This document shows, one piece after another, positions 38,549 to 49,332 of a stretch of DNA of 64,000 nt. The notes beneath the pieces were generated by a model that was given only the letters and a program-made list of their open reading frames with translations, searched no databases and was not told the origin of the DNA. Source of the stretch: an uncultured Alteromonas sp. (GTDB lineage Bacteria; Pseudomonadota; Gammaproteobacteria; Enterobacterales; Alteromonadaceae). The first letter of the stretch is position 1. Every line of letters begins with the position of its first letter. Position numbers and translations under genes: made by a program. The stretch spans positions 2,463-66,462 of the forward strand of contig CAWUJV010000013.1 in NCBI GenBank assembly GCA_963922845.1, given 5' to 3'.

Positions 38549-39532
38549 ATGGGCATAACACGTATTGCTGTCACGCCAGGGGAACCCGCTGGTATCGGAC
38601 CGGATCTTATCATCGCACTGGCTCAAGAAAGCTGGGATGCGCAACTGGTCGTTTTTGCTGATACTGACATGTTAAACGAGCGAGCCAAATTAATTGGCTT
38701 GCCGTTGACATTAACGCCCTATGATTCATCAATCGACAGAGTCCAACAACCCGGTGAACTGTTTGTTCAGCACATAGATATTGCCAAAACGGCAATAGCA
38801 GGCGAACTGGACAGTGAAAATGGTCACTATGTTGTTGAAACCCTGCGCCAAGCGTGCGAAGCCAACATGCAAGGTGACTTTGCCGCTGTGGTAACAGGCC
38901 CAGTACACAAAGGCATTATCAACAAAGCTGGTGTATCATTCAGTGGTCACACGGAGTATTTTGCGCACCAATCAAACACCGTTGATGTGGTCATGTTATT
39001 GTCTACCGAAGGCCTCAATGTCGCGTTGGCGACCACGCATATTCCGTTGGAGTATGTATCGAAAGCCATTACACGGGACCGACTCCATAAAGTCATTCAC
39101 ATTATTAATACCGACCTAAAATTAAAATTCGGTATCACGCATCCCAAGATTTACGTGTGTGGTCTCAATCCTCACGCAGGGGAAGACGGGCATATTGGTA
39201 AAGAAGAAATCATGGTCATTACGCCCGCGCTTAACGAGTTGCGTGAAGAAGGCTTAGCCATCACAGGACCACTCCCCGCGGATACGATTTTTCAACAAAA
39301 ATACTTAGATGATGCGGATGTTGTGCTAGCGATGTATCACGACCAAGGCCTACCCGTACTCAAATACAAGGGTTTTGGCGAAGCCGTTAACATAACGCTA
39401 GGCCTGCCTTTTATAAGAACGTCTGTTGACCATGGTACTGCGGTTGAACTCGCGGGTACGGGCAAAGCAGATACCGGTAGTTTCCGTAAAGCTTTAGAAA
39501 AAGCCATTACGCTTGCAAGTCATAAACAATGA
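38549..39532 (+). CDS. pdxA: 4-hydroxythreonine-4-phosphate dehydrogenase
   Basis: [15 protein letters not shown]...GLNPHAGE...DHGTA motifs. Confidence 0.95.
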   Translation: MGITRIAVTPGEPAGIGPDLIIALAQESWDAQLVVFADTDMLNERAKLIGLPLTLTPYDSSIDRVQQPGELFVQHIDIAKTAIAGELDSENGHYVVETLRQACEANMQGDFAAVVTGPVHKGIINKAGVSFSGHTEYFAHQSNTVDVVMLLSTEGLNVALATTHIPLEYVSKAITRDRLHKVIHIINTDLKLKFGITHPKIYVCGLNPHAGEDGHIGKEEIMVITPALNELREEGLAITGPLPADTIFQQKYLDDADVVLAMYHDQGLPVLKYKGFGEAVNITLGLPFIRTSVDHGTAVELAGTGKADTGSFRKALEKAITLASHKQ

Positions 39533-40341
39533 ATAAAACACACTTAGGCCACACTGCGCGCAAGCGTTTTGGCCAGAACTTTCTGCACGATGATTACGTC
39601 ATTGACCGCATCGTTTCTGCTATCAATCCTCAAGACGGTGAAAACCTTGTCGAGATTGGTCCAGGTTTGGGGGCAATCACCGAACCTGTGTGCGAAAGAA
39701 TTAATAAACTGACTGTTATCGAGTTAGACAGAGACCTTGCCAAGCGTTTGCGTCATCACCCGTTTCACAGCAGTAAGCTCAATGTGGTAGAGCAAGACGC
39801 GTTAAAAATGGATTTCGTTGAGCTACAAAAGACGTTCGACAACCCTGCTCAACCGTTGAGAGTGTTTGGTAACCTCCCTTATAATATTTCAACGCCCTTG
39901 ATGTTCCATTTGTTTTCACATACGGGACTCATCCAAGATATGCACTTCATGCTACAAAAAGAAGTGGTCAATCGTCTTGCCGCTGGCCCCGGACACAAAA
40001 ACTATGGCCGCCTGTCGGTAATGGCTCAATATTATTGCCAAGTTATTCCCGTATTGGACGTTCCGCCCGGTGCATTCACACCACCACCGAAAGTGGATTC
40101 AGCTGTCGTTAGGCTTGTTCCACATGCCACGCCAACCGTAGACGTCGCGTCAGTTTCTGCACTTGAGACCGTCTGTGCAGCGGCATTTAATCAACGTCGA
40201 AAAACCATCAGAAATAGTCTAAAGTCTGTGTTAGAAGAACAGCAAATCAGTGATTTAGGTATTAATCCTGGCGTTCGAGCAGAGGCATTGTCGCTAGAGG
40301 ATTTTGCTAAATTAGCAAATGCTATCGCCCCTACGGAATGA
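39529..40341 (+). CDS. rsmA: 16S rRNA (A1518/A1519-N6)-dimethyltransferase RsmA/KsgA
   Basis: [11 protein letters not shown]...[10 protein letters not shown]...[10 protein letters not shown]. It overlaps the pdxA stop. Confidence 0.95.
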   Translation: MNKTHLGHTARKRFGQNFLHDDYVIDRIVSAINPQDGENLVEIGPGLGAITEPVCERINKLTVIELDRDLAKRLRHHPFHSSKLNVVEQDALKMDFVELQKTFDNPAQPLRVFGNLPYNISTPLMFHLFSHTGLIQDMHFMLQKEVVNRLAAGPGHKNYGRLSVMAQYYCQVIPVLDVPPGAFTPPPKVDSAVVRLVPHATPTVDVASVSALETVCAAAFNQRRKTIRNSLKSVLEEQQISDLGINPGVRAEALSLEDFAKLANAIAPTE

Positions 40342-40350
40342 GGTTTAGGT

Positions 40351-40725
40351 ATGACGACACCCACTATGATTATCCATGCTCGGACACGTCACCTACCGGA
40401 ACATTTACCCAGTGACTCAGACAAATATGCATTTGCATACAAGATGTCGATCACCAATCCCAATGCGTTTCCGGTTACGTTGAAGACGCGCTATTGGCTG
40501 ATTACTGATGCCAATGGCAAAACCTCGGAAGTTCAGGGCGATGGGGTCATTGGCGAGCAGCCTGAAATTGCCCCCGGTGACACCTTTCAATACACCAGCG
40601 GTGCGGTGGTCGATACGCCAGTGGCAAGCATGCAAGGCTACTACGAGCTGGAAACAACGGCAGGCGAACGGTTCAAAGCCAATATTGATGTGTTTCGACT
40701 AGCTGTACCGAATATTATTAATTGA
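40351..40725 (+). CDS. apaG: ApaG protein
   Basis: 124 aa with RYWLITDANG...GEQPEIAPGDTFQYTSG. Confidence 0.9.
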   Translation: MTTPTMIIHARTRHLPEHLPSDSDKYAFAYKMSITNPNAFPVTLKTRYWLITDANGKTSEVQGDGVIGEQPEIAPGDTFQYTSGAVVDTPVASMQGYYELETTAGERFKANIDVFRLAVPNIIN

Positions 40726-40729
40726 TTCT

Positions 40730-41557
40730 ATGGCAAGACACTACAGACAAACGCTGGTAGTTGGTGATATTCAAGGATGTTTTAATGGGCTGATGCGCCT
40801 GCTCAAAAAAGCCGAATTTGATCCCAACAAAGACAAACTGTGCGCCGTAGGTGATTTGGTTGCACGTGGAGAGGATTCTCTTGCCACGGTTGAGTTCTTG
40901 ATGTCACTGGGAAAACACTTCACCACCGTACTTGGCAACCACGACCTGCACTTACTCGCCGTGACACAAGGTATCCGCAAGTCAAAACGCTCGGATAACT
41001 TGGATAACCTATTGGCTTCAAAGCGGTTACCGGAAATTGTCGACTGGCTGAGGCAATTTCCATTGGCACAACAACTCAACAACAATACATTACTGGTTCA
41101 CGCAGGGCTCTATCCCAAATGGTCATTTAAAAAAGTCGTTAAGCTAAGCAATGAGGTATCCAGTGAGCTTAAGGGCAAACACTGGCGGCGCCTACTAGAA
41201 AATATGTACGGCAGTGAACCTACGCAATGGCAAGGCAGTCATGAGGGCTATGACCGGTTGCGCTTTATCATCAATGCGTGTACCCGTATGCGTTTTTTGT
41301 ATCACAGTGATTTATCACTTGAGTTTGCGACGAAAACCGCTGTCAATGATGCACCAACTGATCTGACCCCTTGGTTTAGCGTTGAAAACTCGCACATCAA
41401 GTCTGACCACATGGTATTATTTGGCCATTGGGCTGCATTGTCCGGACAAACCAACCAACCACACCTACAAGGGTTGGATACAGGGTATGTTTGGGGGCAG
41501 TCAATGACAGGATATCGTCTAGAAGATGGGAAACGCATTAGCGTCTCACACAACTAA
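40730..41557 (+). CDS. apaH: Bis(5'-nucleosyl)-tetraphosphatase, symmetrical
   Basis: Intact metallophosphatase motifs (VGDIQGC, GDLVARG, GNHDLHLL, GHWA), 275 aa. Confidence 0.95.
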   Translation: MARHYRQTLVVGDIQGCFNGLMRLLKKAEFDPNKDKLCAVGDLVARGEDSLATVEFLMSLGKHFTTVLGNHDLHLLAVTQGIRKSKRSDNLDNLLASKRLPEIVDWLRQFPLAQQLNNNTLLVHAGLYPKWSFKKVVKLSNEVSSELKGKHWRRLLENMYGSEPTQWQGSHEGYDRLRFIINACTRMRFLYHSDLSLEFATKTAVNDAPTDLTPWFSVENSHIKSDHMVLFGHWAALSGQTNQPHLQGLDTGYVWGQSMTGYRLEDGKRISVSHN

Positions 41558-41894
41558 CCCCGTCAACGCGACCATCACATGGAAAATCGGTTCAAGAAAT
41601 TCATTTTTGAGTCGATGTAGTACAACAGAGCGATCTAAAGATAACCAACTGTTTAGGCGTCGTTTTTGTCCTCAATACGTCAAGCAGTGCTGCACATCAA
41701 CTGTATGTGACTGGGTTAACATAGATCAACGAATCGACAGAAAAGACGTCGTCGAGTATTAGATTGCACTAAAGTTTAAATTTTAAAAGGTGCAGTTTGG
41801 TCTTTTTTTTGTCACACTGGTTTACAAAAGATGTTGAAGTTTATTGACTTTAGCGCTTGACTATAACAACAACGCAGATACATCAGGAGTCCCG

Positions 41895-43919
41895 ATGAAT
41901 ATCACTGTTGCGAGACGTATTATTGGTGGATTTCTTTCCATCGTACTATTACTCGTTTTGGTAGGCATTTTCTCGTACACCAACCTGAGCAAAATAGGTA
42001 GTGCGACGGAAGAGGTAAACCAACTTGCCATTCCTACTTTGTCAGGGAGCAGCGCGCTAAAAGCGTCATTTTTGAATATGGGCCGACTGACGTTCGAAGC
42101 CTATATTGAAGAAACACTTGGCGGTTTGGCGACTAAACAAGAAAGTTTCAATTCGAGCAAATCTACCTTCGAATCCGAATATGCATCGTTGGCTAAGACA
42201 GTTGCAGACGAGAAGGCGCTGAAAGGGACGCTCAGCCGAGTAAAAACGTTGTACGATGACTACGCAGGAAACGTAGACAGTTTGTACCAAAGCCGAAAGG
42301 CGGCGATGGATATTCGCAACGCCATTGCGGATACGATTTCAGATGCCGAAGACAACGCGGATGACGCGGCGACTTATGTCTTGGATTTTGCCGACATGGA
42401 CGAAGTGCAACGAAATCGCAAATTGCGCCGCGCGGCTGAACTTGGTGGCAACCTAGAAAGCAGCTTATTGACGCTCCTTACTACGTCCTCTGAATACGTA
42501 AAAACGGAAACCATCGTTCGAGCACAAACGCTGGGCAATGAAGTTGAGCTGGTTGTCAGTCAGGTACAAGGTCATTTAGACGCAATGCTTGAAGCTGCCG
42601 ACGGTGCTGACAGCTCAGGTACGCTTGATGAAATCTCTGATATGGTTGAAGCCGCACTTGATGCCGTGCGTGGCGACAGTGGTATCTTGAAGCTACACGT
42701 TGAGCGCTTGAATCATTTGACTGACTCACAAGCTGCATTGACGCGTTCAGATGAAAACATCAAACAAGCTATAGTCGAACTTGAAGACCTTCTTAACCTT
42801 GCCAACAAAAAAGCCAAGGACATTGAGGTTCAAGTGAATGACAAGGTGACTGGTGGTACGGTACAAGTTATTGTTGCTGTTGTTATCTCAGCAGGTGTTG
42901 CCTTTGGTATTGGTATTTGGATTGTGAATTCTATTACCAAGCCACTCAATCGGGTAAACGAGCTACTTACTATTGCGTCGTCAGGTGATCTAACCCATCG
43001 CCTAGATGATTCCGCCAGTGATGAATTTGGTGAGCTTGCCCGTAACTGTAACAAGCTCATTGCCAGCCTGAAATCACTTATTGCAGGTATCAACGACCGT
43101 GCAGAGCAGTTAGCGGCTGCATCGGAACAAACTTCTGCAGTGACCGCGCAAACCACCAGCTCGATCCAAGAGCAGAAGTCGCAAATTGCCCAAGTGGCAA
43201 CCGCGACGACGGAAATGCACTCAACGTCGCAGCTTGTTAGTCAAAATGCGGAAGACACGCTGGGGCAAATCCGCCATGCAGATAGTGAAGCGGAAAAAGT
43301 CCGTAAGATTTCTGTCGAGAACAAAACAACCATCGAAGTACTGGCTAAAGATGTTGAAGAAGCGGCAAACGTTATCAACAAGCTTCACCAAGACAGTGCC
43401 AGTATTGGTGGCATCCTTGACGTTATCCGTGGTGTCGCAGACCAAACCAATCTGTTGGCATTGAACGCGGCGATTGAAGCGGCCCGAGCAGGCGAACAAG
43501 GTCGAGGCTTTGCGGTAGTTGCTGATGAAGTTAGAACGCTTGCAAGCCGGACTCAAGAATCAACGCAAGAAATTAACTCTATGATCGAGGTGTTACAAGC
43601 TGGCGCAGAAAAAGCGGTAGCGGTGATGAACCAAGGTAAAGAGCAAACCGGCGTTTGCGTACAGCAAACAGAGAATGCAACTAAAGCGCTGGACCTCATC
43701 TCTGATGCGGTTCACAAGGCATTTGATGTCAGTACTCAAATCGAACAGTCGGCTCGCGAGCAAAACGTTGTATCTCAAGAAATCAGTGAAAAGCTTGAAG
43801 GCATTGTTAACATTGCTGAAGAGACGACGATTGGTGCACAACAAACGTCAGATTCTAGCCACGAAGTCGCTAGACTCGCCGAAGAGTTACAACAGTCAAT
43901 CCGACAGTTCAAAGTGTAA
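41895..43919 (+). CDS. Methyl-accepting chemotaxis protein with a large periplasmic helical sensor domain
   Basis: TM1, a ~300-aa periplasmic region, TM2, HAMP, and the signalling hairpin ([35 protein letters not shown]). The ATG at 41895 is preceded by GGAG. Confidence 0.9.
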   Translation: MNITVARRIIGGFLSIVLLLVLVGIFSYTNLSKIGSATEEVNQLAIPTLSGSSALKASFLNMGRLTFEAYIEETLGGLATKQESFNSSKSTFESEYASLAKTVADEKALKGTLSRVKTLYDDYAGNVDSLYQSRKAAMDIRNAIADTISDAEDNADDAATYVLDFADMDEVQRNRKLRRAAELGGNLESSLLTLLTTSSEYVKTETIVRAQTLGNEVELVVSQVQGHLDAMLEAADGADSSGTLDEISDMVEAALDAVRGDSGILKLHVERLNHLTDSQAALTRSDENIKQAIVELEDLLNLANKKAKDIEVQVNDKVTGGTVQVIVAVVISAGVAFGIGIWIVNSITKPLNRVNELLTIASSGDLTHRLDDSASDEFGELARNCNKLIASLKSLIAGINDRAEQLAAASEQTSAVTAQTTSSIQEQKSQIAQVATATTEMHSTSQLVSQNAEDTLGQIRHADSEAEKVRKISVENKTTIEVLAKDVEEAANVINKLHQDSASIGGILDVIRGVADQTNLLALNAAIEAARAGEQGRGFAVVADEVRTLASRTQESTQEINSMIEVLQAGAEKAVAVMNQGKEQTGVCVQQTENATKALDLISDAVHKAFDVSTQIEQSAREQNVVSQEISEKLEGIVNIAEETTIGAQQTSDSSHEVARLAEELQQSIRQFKV

Positions 43920-43933
43920 CTTACAGCATGCGT

Positions 43934-43959
43934 AAAAAAGGGGCGTATGCCCCTTTTTT
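43934..43959 (+). terminator. Rho-independent terminator after the MCP gene
   Basis: GGGGC-GTAT-GCCCC followed by TTTTTT. Confidence 0.8.
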
Positions 43960-44093
43960 ATTGCTCGCACACACCCTGTTACAACAAATGTCATATCAAC
44001 AGGGTAAACTTTAGAATAAAATTCCACCGTCGAGATTGCATTTTTAGCGATCAGTACCGAAAATTACGCTATCCCTTGTGGTTTGAGAGGCTA

Positions 44094-45614
44094 ATGAAAG
44101 TCGTACGTATTGTTTTTCGTTTTTTATTCCTGTCATGCGCTTTGTTTATTAGTGCGCTCAGTCATGGGCAACAACAATCGGCAACACTGGTTTTTACTGC
44201 CGACTTACCCGTCATTAATAGTTCTGAACACGGCGACTATGCGCAGTTAGCGCGCTTAATTGAAACCATGCGGCAAGAGGACCCGTCGACGTTCTTCTTG
44301 TTCGGTGGTGGTAGCCTAGCCCCCAGTCATCTGTCCTCGTTTGACCGAGGCGCTCACATTATCGATATCCTCAACAGTATCGAACCCGATGCGATGTCTG
44401 TGACCAAACGTGAATTCAGTTATTTTGAAGATGAGTTTTCATTGCGCGCTTATGAAGCGGCTTTTCCAATGGTGTTAAGCAATGCGTTCGATCCCTTCAC
44501 ACAAGGGAATGTCGATGGCGCTAATGACAGTGTACTGATCGAAAAAGGAGGGATCACTATCGGCATTTTGTCGGTCATTCACGAATCAGTGATTGAAGAA
44601 TATTTGCTACAGCGATTGCAAATCACCGACCCTTACCGAGCGATCAAAACCGAAGCTGCAAAATTGCGAGAGCAAGGTGCACAGCTGGTTGTACTAATGT
44701 ATTCCAGTTCTTATCCCTTCATAGATTCGCTGTTGTCAGATAGCACCATCAATGTCGCTCTGAGAACCGACCCTCATTACGAGCTGTCAGCAGCAAAAGA
44801 GTCAACAGCACACCCGAATCGTATCTTGGTCAACCAAGCCGGCGTTGCCGCTATTCTCGATTTAACCTGGCCCACTGACAAACCGAACGAATTGTCGATT
44901 TCATGGCGCAACCAAGTATTGGAAACCGTCCCCAAAGACCCGGTGATCAATCATCAAATCCGCAGCTACACCCAACGCATCGAACGACTGCTGAATGAAG
45001 AGCTAGCGACGACCTCACAAAGCTTCGACACGCTGCGCCCTTCTGTGAGAACGCAAGAGAGTGCATTTGGTAATTTAGTTACAGATGCGTTAAGAGAAGC
45101 CGCGCAAACGGATATCGCCATCATCAACGGTGGCGCTATAAGAGGTGAAAAACAATATCAATCTGATGCAGTTATCACCCGTCGAGACATTGCTGAGGAG
45201 TTGCCGTTTCGCAGTCGTATTATGGTGGTAGAAGTCACGGGCACGCAATTATTACTCGCACTGGAAAATGGTCTAAGCCAAATTGAAGGCGTGAAAGGAC
45301 GTTTTTTACAAATGTCAGGCGTAGAGGTTGTTTTCGATGGTTCGAAGCCGATTGGAAGTCGATTACTGTCAGCCACAGTTGCAGGGAAACGAGTCAAGCC
45401 AGATGAAAAGTATACGGTGGCGATGTCAGATTATCTTGCAAAAGGCGGGGATGGCTTTGCTATGTTTAGCAATGCAAAACGCCTCGGTTTTAGTCAGCAG
45501 GTTACGCCGCTTATTTCTGATATTGTGATCAGTTATTTCAGGAAAAAACAGTCATTAACGGCTATGATTGAAGGACGCATAAGAAGAACTGACACCCCTG
45601 GGGCGGGTCAATGA
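44094..45614 (+). CDS. Periplasmic 5'-nucleotidase/metallophosphoesterase homolog with degenerate catalytic motifs (probable pseudoenzyme)
   Basis: Signal peptide MKVVRIVFRFLFLSCALFISALSHG (ATG 44094, GAGAGG upstream). The C-terminal 5'-nucleotidase substrate-binding domain is well conserved (FGNLVTDALR, INGGAIRG, YLAKGGDGF), but the N-terminal metal-ligand motifs are replaced (see finding). Confidence 0.8.
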   Translation: MKVVRIVFRFLFLSCALFISALSHGQQQSATLVFTADLPVINSSEHGDYAQLARLIETMRQEDPSTFFLFGGGSLAPSHLSSFDRGAHIIDILNSIEPDAMSVTKREFSYFEDEFSLRAYEAAFPMVLSNAFDPFTQGNVDGANDSVLIEKGGITIGILSVIHESVIEEYLLQRLQITDPYRAIKTEAAKLREQGAQLVVLMYSSSYPFIDSLLSDSTINVALRTDPHYELSAAKESTAHPNRILVNQAGVAAILDLTWPTDKPNELSISWRNQVLETVPKDPVINHQIRSYTQRIERLLNEELATTSQSFDTLRPSVRTQESAFGNLVTDALREAAQTDIAIINGGAIRGEKQYQSDAVITRRDIAEELPFRSRIMVVEVTGTQLLLALENGLSQIEGVKGRFLQMSGVEVVFDGSKPIGSRLLSATVAGKRVKPDEKYTVAMSDYLAKGGDGFAMFSNAKRLGFSQQVTPLISDIVISYFRKKQSLTAMIEGRIRRTDTPGAGQ

Positions 45615-47311
45615 CCGACGATAATAAGAATAACAAACAGGTTCGAAACAAAACCCGCCGATACTCGTTGACCAAAATCATCAACAGCGGCCTTTTTGTC
45701 ATCGTAAGCTTGGTGATTATCCTCGCGCTTTCCACTTATTATCGACTCAGTGAATTCAACGATACGCTAAATGACGTATCCGAAAAATCCCTCACTACCG
45801 TCATCAGCTCTGGCGAAATATTCATTCAAGTGAACAATCTTGCCCGTGTCAGCGAGCGCCTTGTCAATGCGAATAGTGATCCACACCGGCGTATAAGCTA
45901 TGGCCAAATCAACGATCAGCTCGCCGTGCTGACCGGCATTGCTGAGCGGCAAAAAGAAAATGCGTATATGCTGCTGCAACTGTATACCATTTCCAAAGAA
46001 CTAAGTGATTTGAATCAGCTAGTCATTCGCAAGCTGACTATCCACGATAAAATGTTAGAGCAACAAACGCGCATGTACGACATTTACGAGGCGTTAATGC
46101 GAACGCCCGATGACAGCGCCAGTGCCAACCCTCGTTGGAAACAAAACATAGCTGAGATCGTCACCCATACCGGTGAAATCCTGATTATTGACAGGCTTAA
46201 TGTTGTACGAGAAAAAAAGCAAAGCATGACAGACCTGTTTGACGGATTGAAGCAAGACATCAAAGACGGTAATTACGTGCTTCCAGCAGAATCGTCACAA
46301 CTCATAAGCCAACTCGAACACGCGATCACCGACAACATAGAAGGTATCTTCTCGCTGCGCCAAGAGCAATTGAAAGTAATGGGACGCTCCAGAGGCAGAG
46401 CGAACATGGTGAACAACCTGATTCTAGACTATGCTCGGCTGACTGAGTTCGAATCGTATCAGCTCAACTCCCGCATTTTAGAAGACGCGCGAAACGCGTC
46501 GGGCACCATCAGCGCGCAAATCCAAAACATCAATTTAGTCTTCTTGTTTATTGTGCTCGTCATTGTTGGTTTTAGTGCTTTCGTTCATCGATTAGTTGTG
46601 GCTCGTCTATTACGTCTTCGTACTCAAATTCAGCAACGCCTAGAGGGCGTAGAACAAGACATCGCATTATTTGGCAATGACGAGATATCTGATCTTGCCG
46701 AAACCTTTGATTCTTTTGCTAAAACCATTGAGAATCAAAAACAAACGCTATCAGAGATGAGTTTGGTTGACGCATTGACCAGCGTCGCCAATCGACGGGC
46801 GCTTGATGAGCGTTTTGAACAGGAGATTGGCATCGCCATTCGACGCAAGTGGCCTATTACAGTGATGCTGCTTGATATCGACTTTTTCAAACAGTACAAC
46901 GACAACTATGGTCACGGCAAAGGTGATGATTGCTTGCGCCAAGTCGCCCATATCCTTTTGACTTGTTTGCCGCGTAAAACGGATTTCGTCGCACGCTACG
47001 GCGGTGAAGAGTTTGCTATCATCCTGCCAGACACACACGTGACGGGTGCGATAAAAGTTGCCGAGCACATCATCGATAGCATGGCACGGGCCCGTATCGA
47101 ACATGAGTACAGTCGAGCGGCTGATTTTGTTACCCTCAGCCTTGGCATAGCGTCAACAGAAGATATCAGCGCTGATGAAGGTGAACTGCTATTAGAACAA
47201 GCTGATAAAGCGTTGTATAAGGCAAAACGAAAAGGTCGTAATCGATACGAGTATTTTGATTCGGGTATATTAGATAGCCCAGTCGTTGTTGATTTGAAAC
47301 CAGTAAAATAA
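45611..47311 (+). CDS. Membrane diguanylate cyclase (periplasmic sensor - HAMP - GGDEF)
   Basis: Two TM segments flank a ~270-aa periplasmic domain, followed by a HAMP-like linker and a GGDEF domain with an active site RYGGEEF and an I-site RKTD. Its start overlaps the previous stop (ATGA). Confidence 0.9.
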   Translation: MTDDNKNNKQVRNKTRRYSLTKIINSGLFVIVSLVIILALSTYYRLSEFNDTLNDVSEKSLTTVISSGEIFIQVNNLARVSERLVNANSDPHRRISYGQINDQLAVLTGIAERQKENAYMLLQLYTISKELSDLNQLVIRKLTIHDKMLEQQTRMYDIYEALMRTPDDSASANPRWKQNIAEIVTHTGEILIIDRLNVVREKKQSMTDLFDGLKQDIKDGNYVLPAESSQLISQLEHAITDNIEGIFSLRQEQLKVMGRSRGRANMVNNLILDYARLTEFESYQLNSRILEDARNASGTISAQIQNINLVFLFIVLVIVGFSAFVHRLVVARLLRLRTQIQQRLEGVEQDIALFGNDEISDLAETFDSFAKTIENQKQTLSEMSLVDALTSVANRRALDERFEQEIGIAIRRKWPITVMLLDIDFFKQYNDNYGHGKGDDCLRQVAHILLTCLPRKTDFVARYGGEEFAIILPDTHVTGAIKVAEHIIDSMARARIEHEYSRAADFVTLSLGIASTEDISADEGELLLEQADKALYKAKRKGRNRYEYFDSGILDSPVVVDLKPVK

Positions 47312-47336
47312 GCCCCCTACAAGCTTGCAGAGGGCT
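47311..47336. terminator. Imperfect palindromic stem-loop between convergent genes (candidate bidirectional terminator)
   Basis: AGCCCCCTACAAG/CTTGCAGAGGGCT: 13-bp arms with 2 mismatches and weak T-runs. Confidence 0.45.
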
Positions 47337-47343
47337 TTAAAGT

Positions 47344-48693
47344 CTATTCAAACAATTCTGCGTGTAATTGCTTCACAATGTTCGAACTGTCTGCTTCATT
47401 GACCAAGAAGGACAAGTTGTGAGGGTTAGCGCCAAAACATATCATTCTCAAGTTGTAGTCAGCGACAGCTGCTAATATCTTGCTCGATACGCCGACTTTT
47501 GAGTGCATGTCATTACCCACCACTGTCACGAGATCAAAGCCCTGCTCTACCTTCACGTCACAGATTGTTTCTAACTCTTCAATCGTTTGCTTATTCAATC
47601 GCTCGGCGACAGAATTGGCTGGATTGTCGAGTGTAAACGAAACCGATATTTCTGATGTTGTGACCAAATCAACACTCAGTTTATGCTTGGCAATAATCGC
47701 AAAGACTTGTTGCAAAAAGCCTTGCGCATACATCATCTTCGGCGTTTTAACCGTTACCATGACTTGCTCTTTACGGCGCGTAATAGCGCGGTATGGCGGC
47801 TCATGTTCACAGTCTTTGACGATCCAAGTACCACCCTTTTCAGGCTCTTTGCTTGACCCGACAAACACCTTAATATTCTTACGAAGCGCCGGTTCCATTG
47901 TTGCAGGATGCAGAACTTTAGCGCCGAAAGTTGCCATCTCAGCCGCCTCTTCAAAGCTGAGTTCGGGTAGAGGACGCGCGGCCTCTGTTATGCGAGGGTC
48001 AGTGGTGTAGACGCCAATTACATCGGTCCAGATTTCACACGCTTTTGCGTCCAATGCTTCAGCAAGGAGTGCAGCTGTGAAATCCGATCCTCCGCGGCCT
48101 AACGTGGTGGTTTTCCCTTGTTCGGTTGCCCCCACAAACCCCTGAGTAATGACGACAGAATCTTTGATCTCAGGGCGCAGTAAAGACCCAGCAAGAGACG
48201 CAATGTCCTCAATTTGAGGCGTGGCCGCACCGTGCACGTCATCGGTTCTCAATACTTTGCGCACGTCAAAGTTAATCGTGCTCACGCCCTGCTCTGCCAA
48301 CACTTCACTAAACAACAATGATGACATACGCTCACCCATTGAGAGCAATTGATCTTTTAAATCAACGCGATGCAATATCTCTTCGTGAAACGCCAGAGAT
48401 TTCAGCTCTTCGAGTAAGTCGTTTAATTTTGTCTCAACCGAGGCGTCGGCATTTAGTTTATTGAGAATCGCAAACTCTATCTTAACGATAGCTTGATACT
48501 TGTCTTCAATTTGCTCCTGAGTCATGGCGTTGTGCGCCAAATCGACTAATAAATTGGTCACGCCAGCAGAAGCACTGACGACGACGATACGCGTATTGTG
48601 ATTATTGGCTACAATCTGCGCGCAGTTTTGCATTGTTTCGTAGGTCGCCACACTGGTGCCGCCAAACTTTGCAATGGTTAAATCAGTTGTCAC
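47344..48693 (-). CDS. lysC: Aspartate kinase (lysine-sensitive type, LysC-like)
   Basis: KFGGTSV...VVVSA kinase N-terminus and C-terminal ACT pair, 449 aa as in E. coli LysC. Confidence 0.9.
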   Translation of the reverse strand: MTTDLTIAKFGGTSVATYETMQNCAQIVANNHNTRIVVVSASAGVTNLLVDLAHNAMTQEQIEDKYQAIVKIEFAILNKLNADASVETKLNDLLEELKSLAFHEEILHRVDLKDQLLSMGERMSSLLFSEVLAEQGVSTINFDVRKVLRTDDVHGAATPQIEDIASLAGSLLRPEIKDSVVITQGFVGATEQGKTTTLGRGGSDFTAALLAEALDAKACEIWTDVIGVYTTDPRITEAARPLPELSFEEAAEMATFGAKVLHPATMEPALRKNIKVFVGSSKEPEKGGTWIVKDCEHEPPYRAITRRKEQVMVTVKTPKMMYAQGFLQQVFAIIAKHKLSVDLVTTSEISVSFTLDNPANSVAERLNKQTIEELETICDVKVEQGFDLVTVVGNDMHSKVGVSSKILAAVADYNLRMICFGANPHNLSFLVNEADSSNIVKQLHAELFE

Positions 48694-48749
48694 ATTTATC
48701 TCCGGTTCCTCAACACTGATGAGGTAAAACGAGCAAAGCCTAAACTTTA

Positions 48750-49196
48750 CTAAGGATTCAAAGTTATCTTATGGCCGACTTTAATATTGTTGTCGGCGAA
48801 CCACCCTTGGTTCATCTCTAGCGCAAACTGAACCTGTTTGGATGCTGCCACTGACGTGAGGTCATGAGGCTGCAACGGTTTGATATCTGTTATCACGCCA
48901 TTTCTGTCGATAAAGGCCACATCAAGGGGAATAAACGTATTTTTCATCCACATGCTGGCGCGTTTTGGCTCATCAAAACGAAAGAGCATACCGCAATCTT
49001 CACACATGGCTTTTCGATACATCAATCCACGAGCTCGCTGTTCAAACGTTTGAGCGTACTCAACGTTCAGCTTGTTATTGTTTATCTTTATTGTTATTTC
49101 ATCAAAATCGATATCTTCTTGTGCATTCACGCCGATGAAAGACATTGAAGCGACCGCAAGAAATGCCAAACCAAATAAATTACGCCATGTTTTCAT
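48750..49196 (-). CDS. DUF192-domain secreted protein
   Basis: Signal peptide followed by RARGLMYR...MLF...MWMKNTFIPLDVAFID, typical of DUF192 (recollection). Confidence 0.7.
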   Translation of the reverse strand: MKTWRNLFGLAFLAVASMSFIGVNAQEDIDFDEITIKINNNKLNVEYAQTFEQRARGLMYRKAMCEDCGMLFRFDEPKRASMWMKNTFIPLDVAFIDRNGVITDIKPLQPHDLTSVAASKQVQFALEMNQGWFADNNIKVGHKITLNP

Positions 49197-49302
49197 TACT
49201 TATTCCTTCATTCATTGGGTTGGATAATGCAGCGGTAGGGCATGCACCAGCAGAAATATCAGCCGCTAATAATGCCATTAACCGCTAGACGCAATCAAAC
49301 AT

Positions 49303-49332
49303 TAAAAAAGCCGGGGGAACAAGTCACCCGGC
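49303..49332 (-). terminator. Rho-independent terminator after acnB
   Basis: GCCGGG...CCCGGC stem with an A-run upstream on the + strand (a T-run on the minus strand). Confidence 0.7.

Noticed and set aside
41526-41762. 78-aa ORF after apaH
   Set aside because: It starts inside apaH in another frame, is Cys/Arg/Ser-rich, and has no RBS or recognisable motif. The 286-bp spacer is better read as the MCP promoter region.
41770-41796. Possible sigma-28 (FliA) promoter upstream of the MCP gene
   Set aside because: TAAAGTTT is a perfect -35 element, but the sequence 11 bp downstream (GGTGCAGT) matches the GCCGATAA -10 element at only 2/8. This is too weak to call.
47480-48010. 176-aa plus-strand ORF
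   Set aside because: It is antisense to lysC, whose identity is unambiguous. Its Ser/Cys/Thr-rich composition is typical of non-coding frames.
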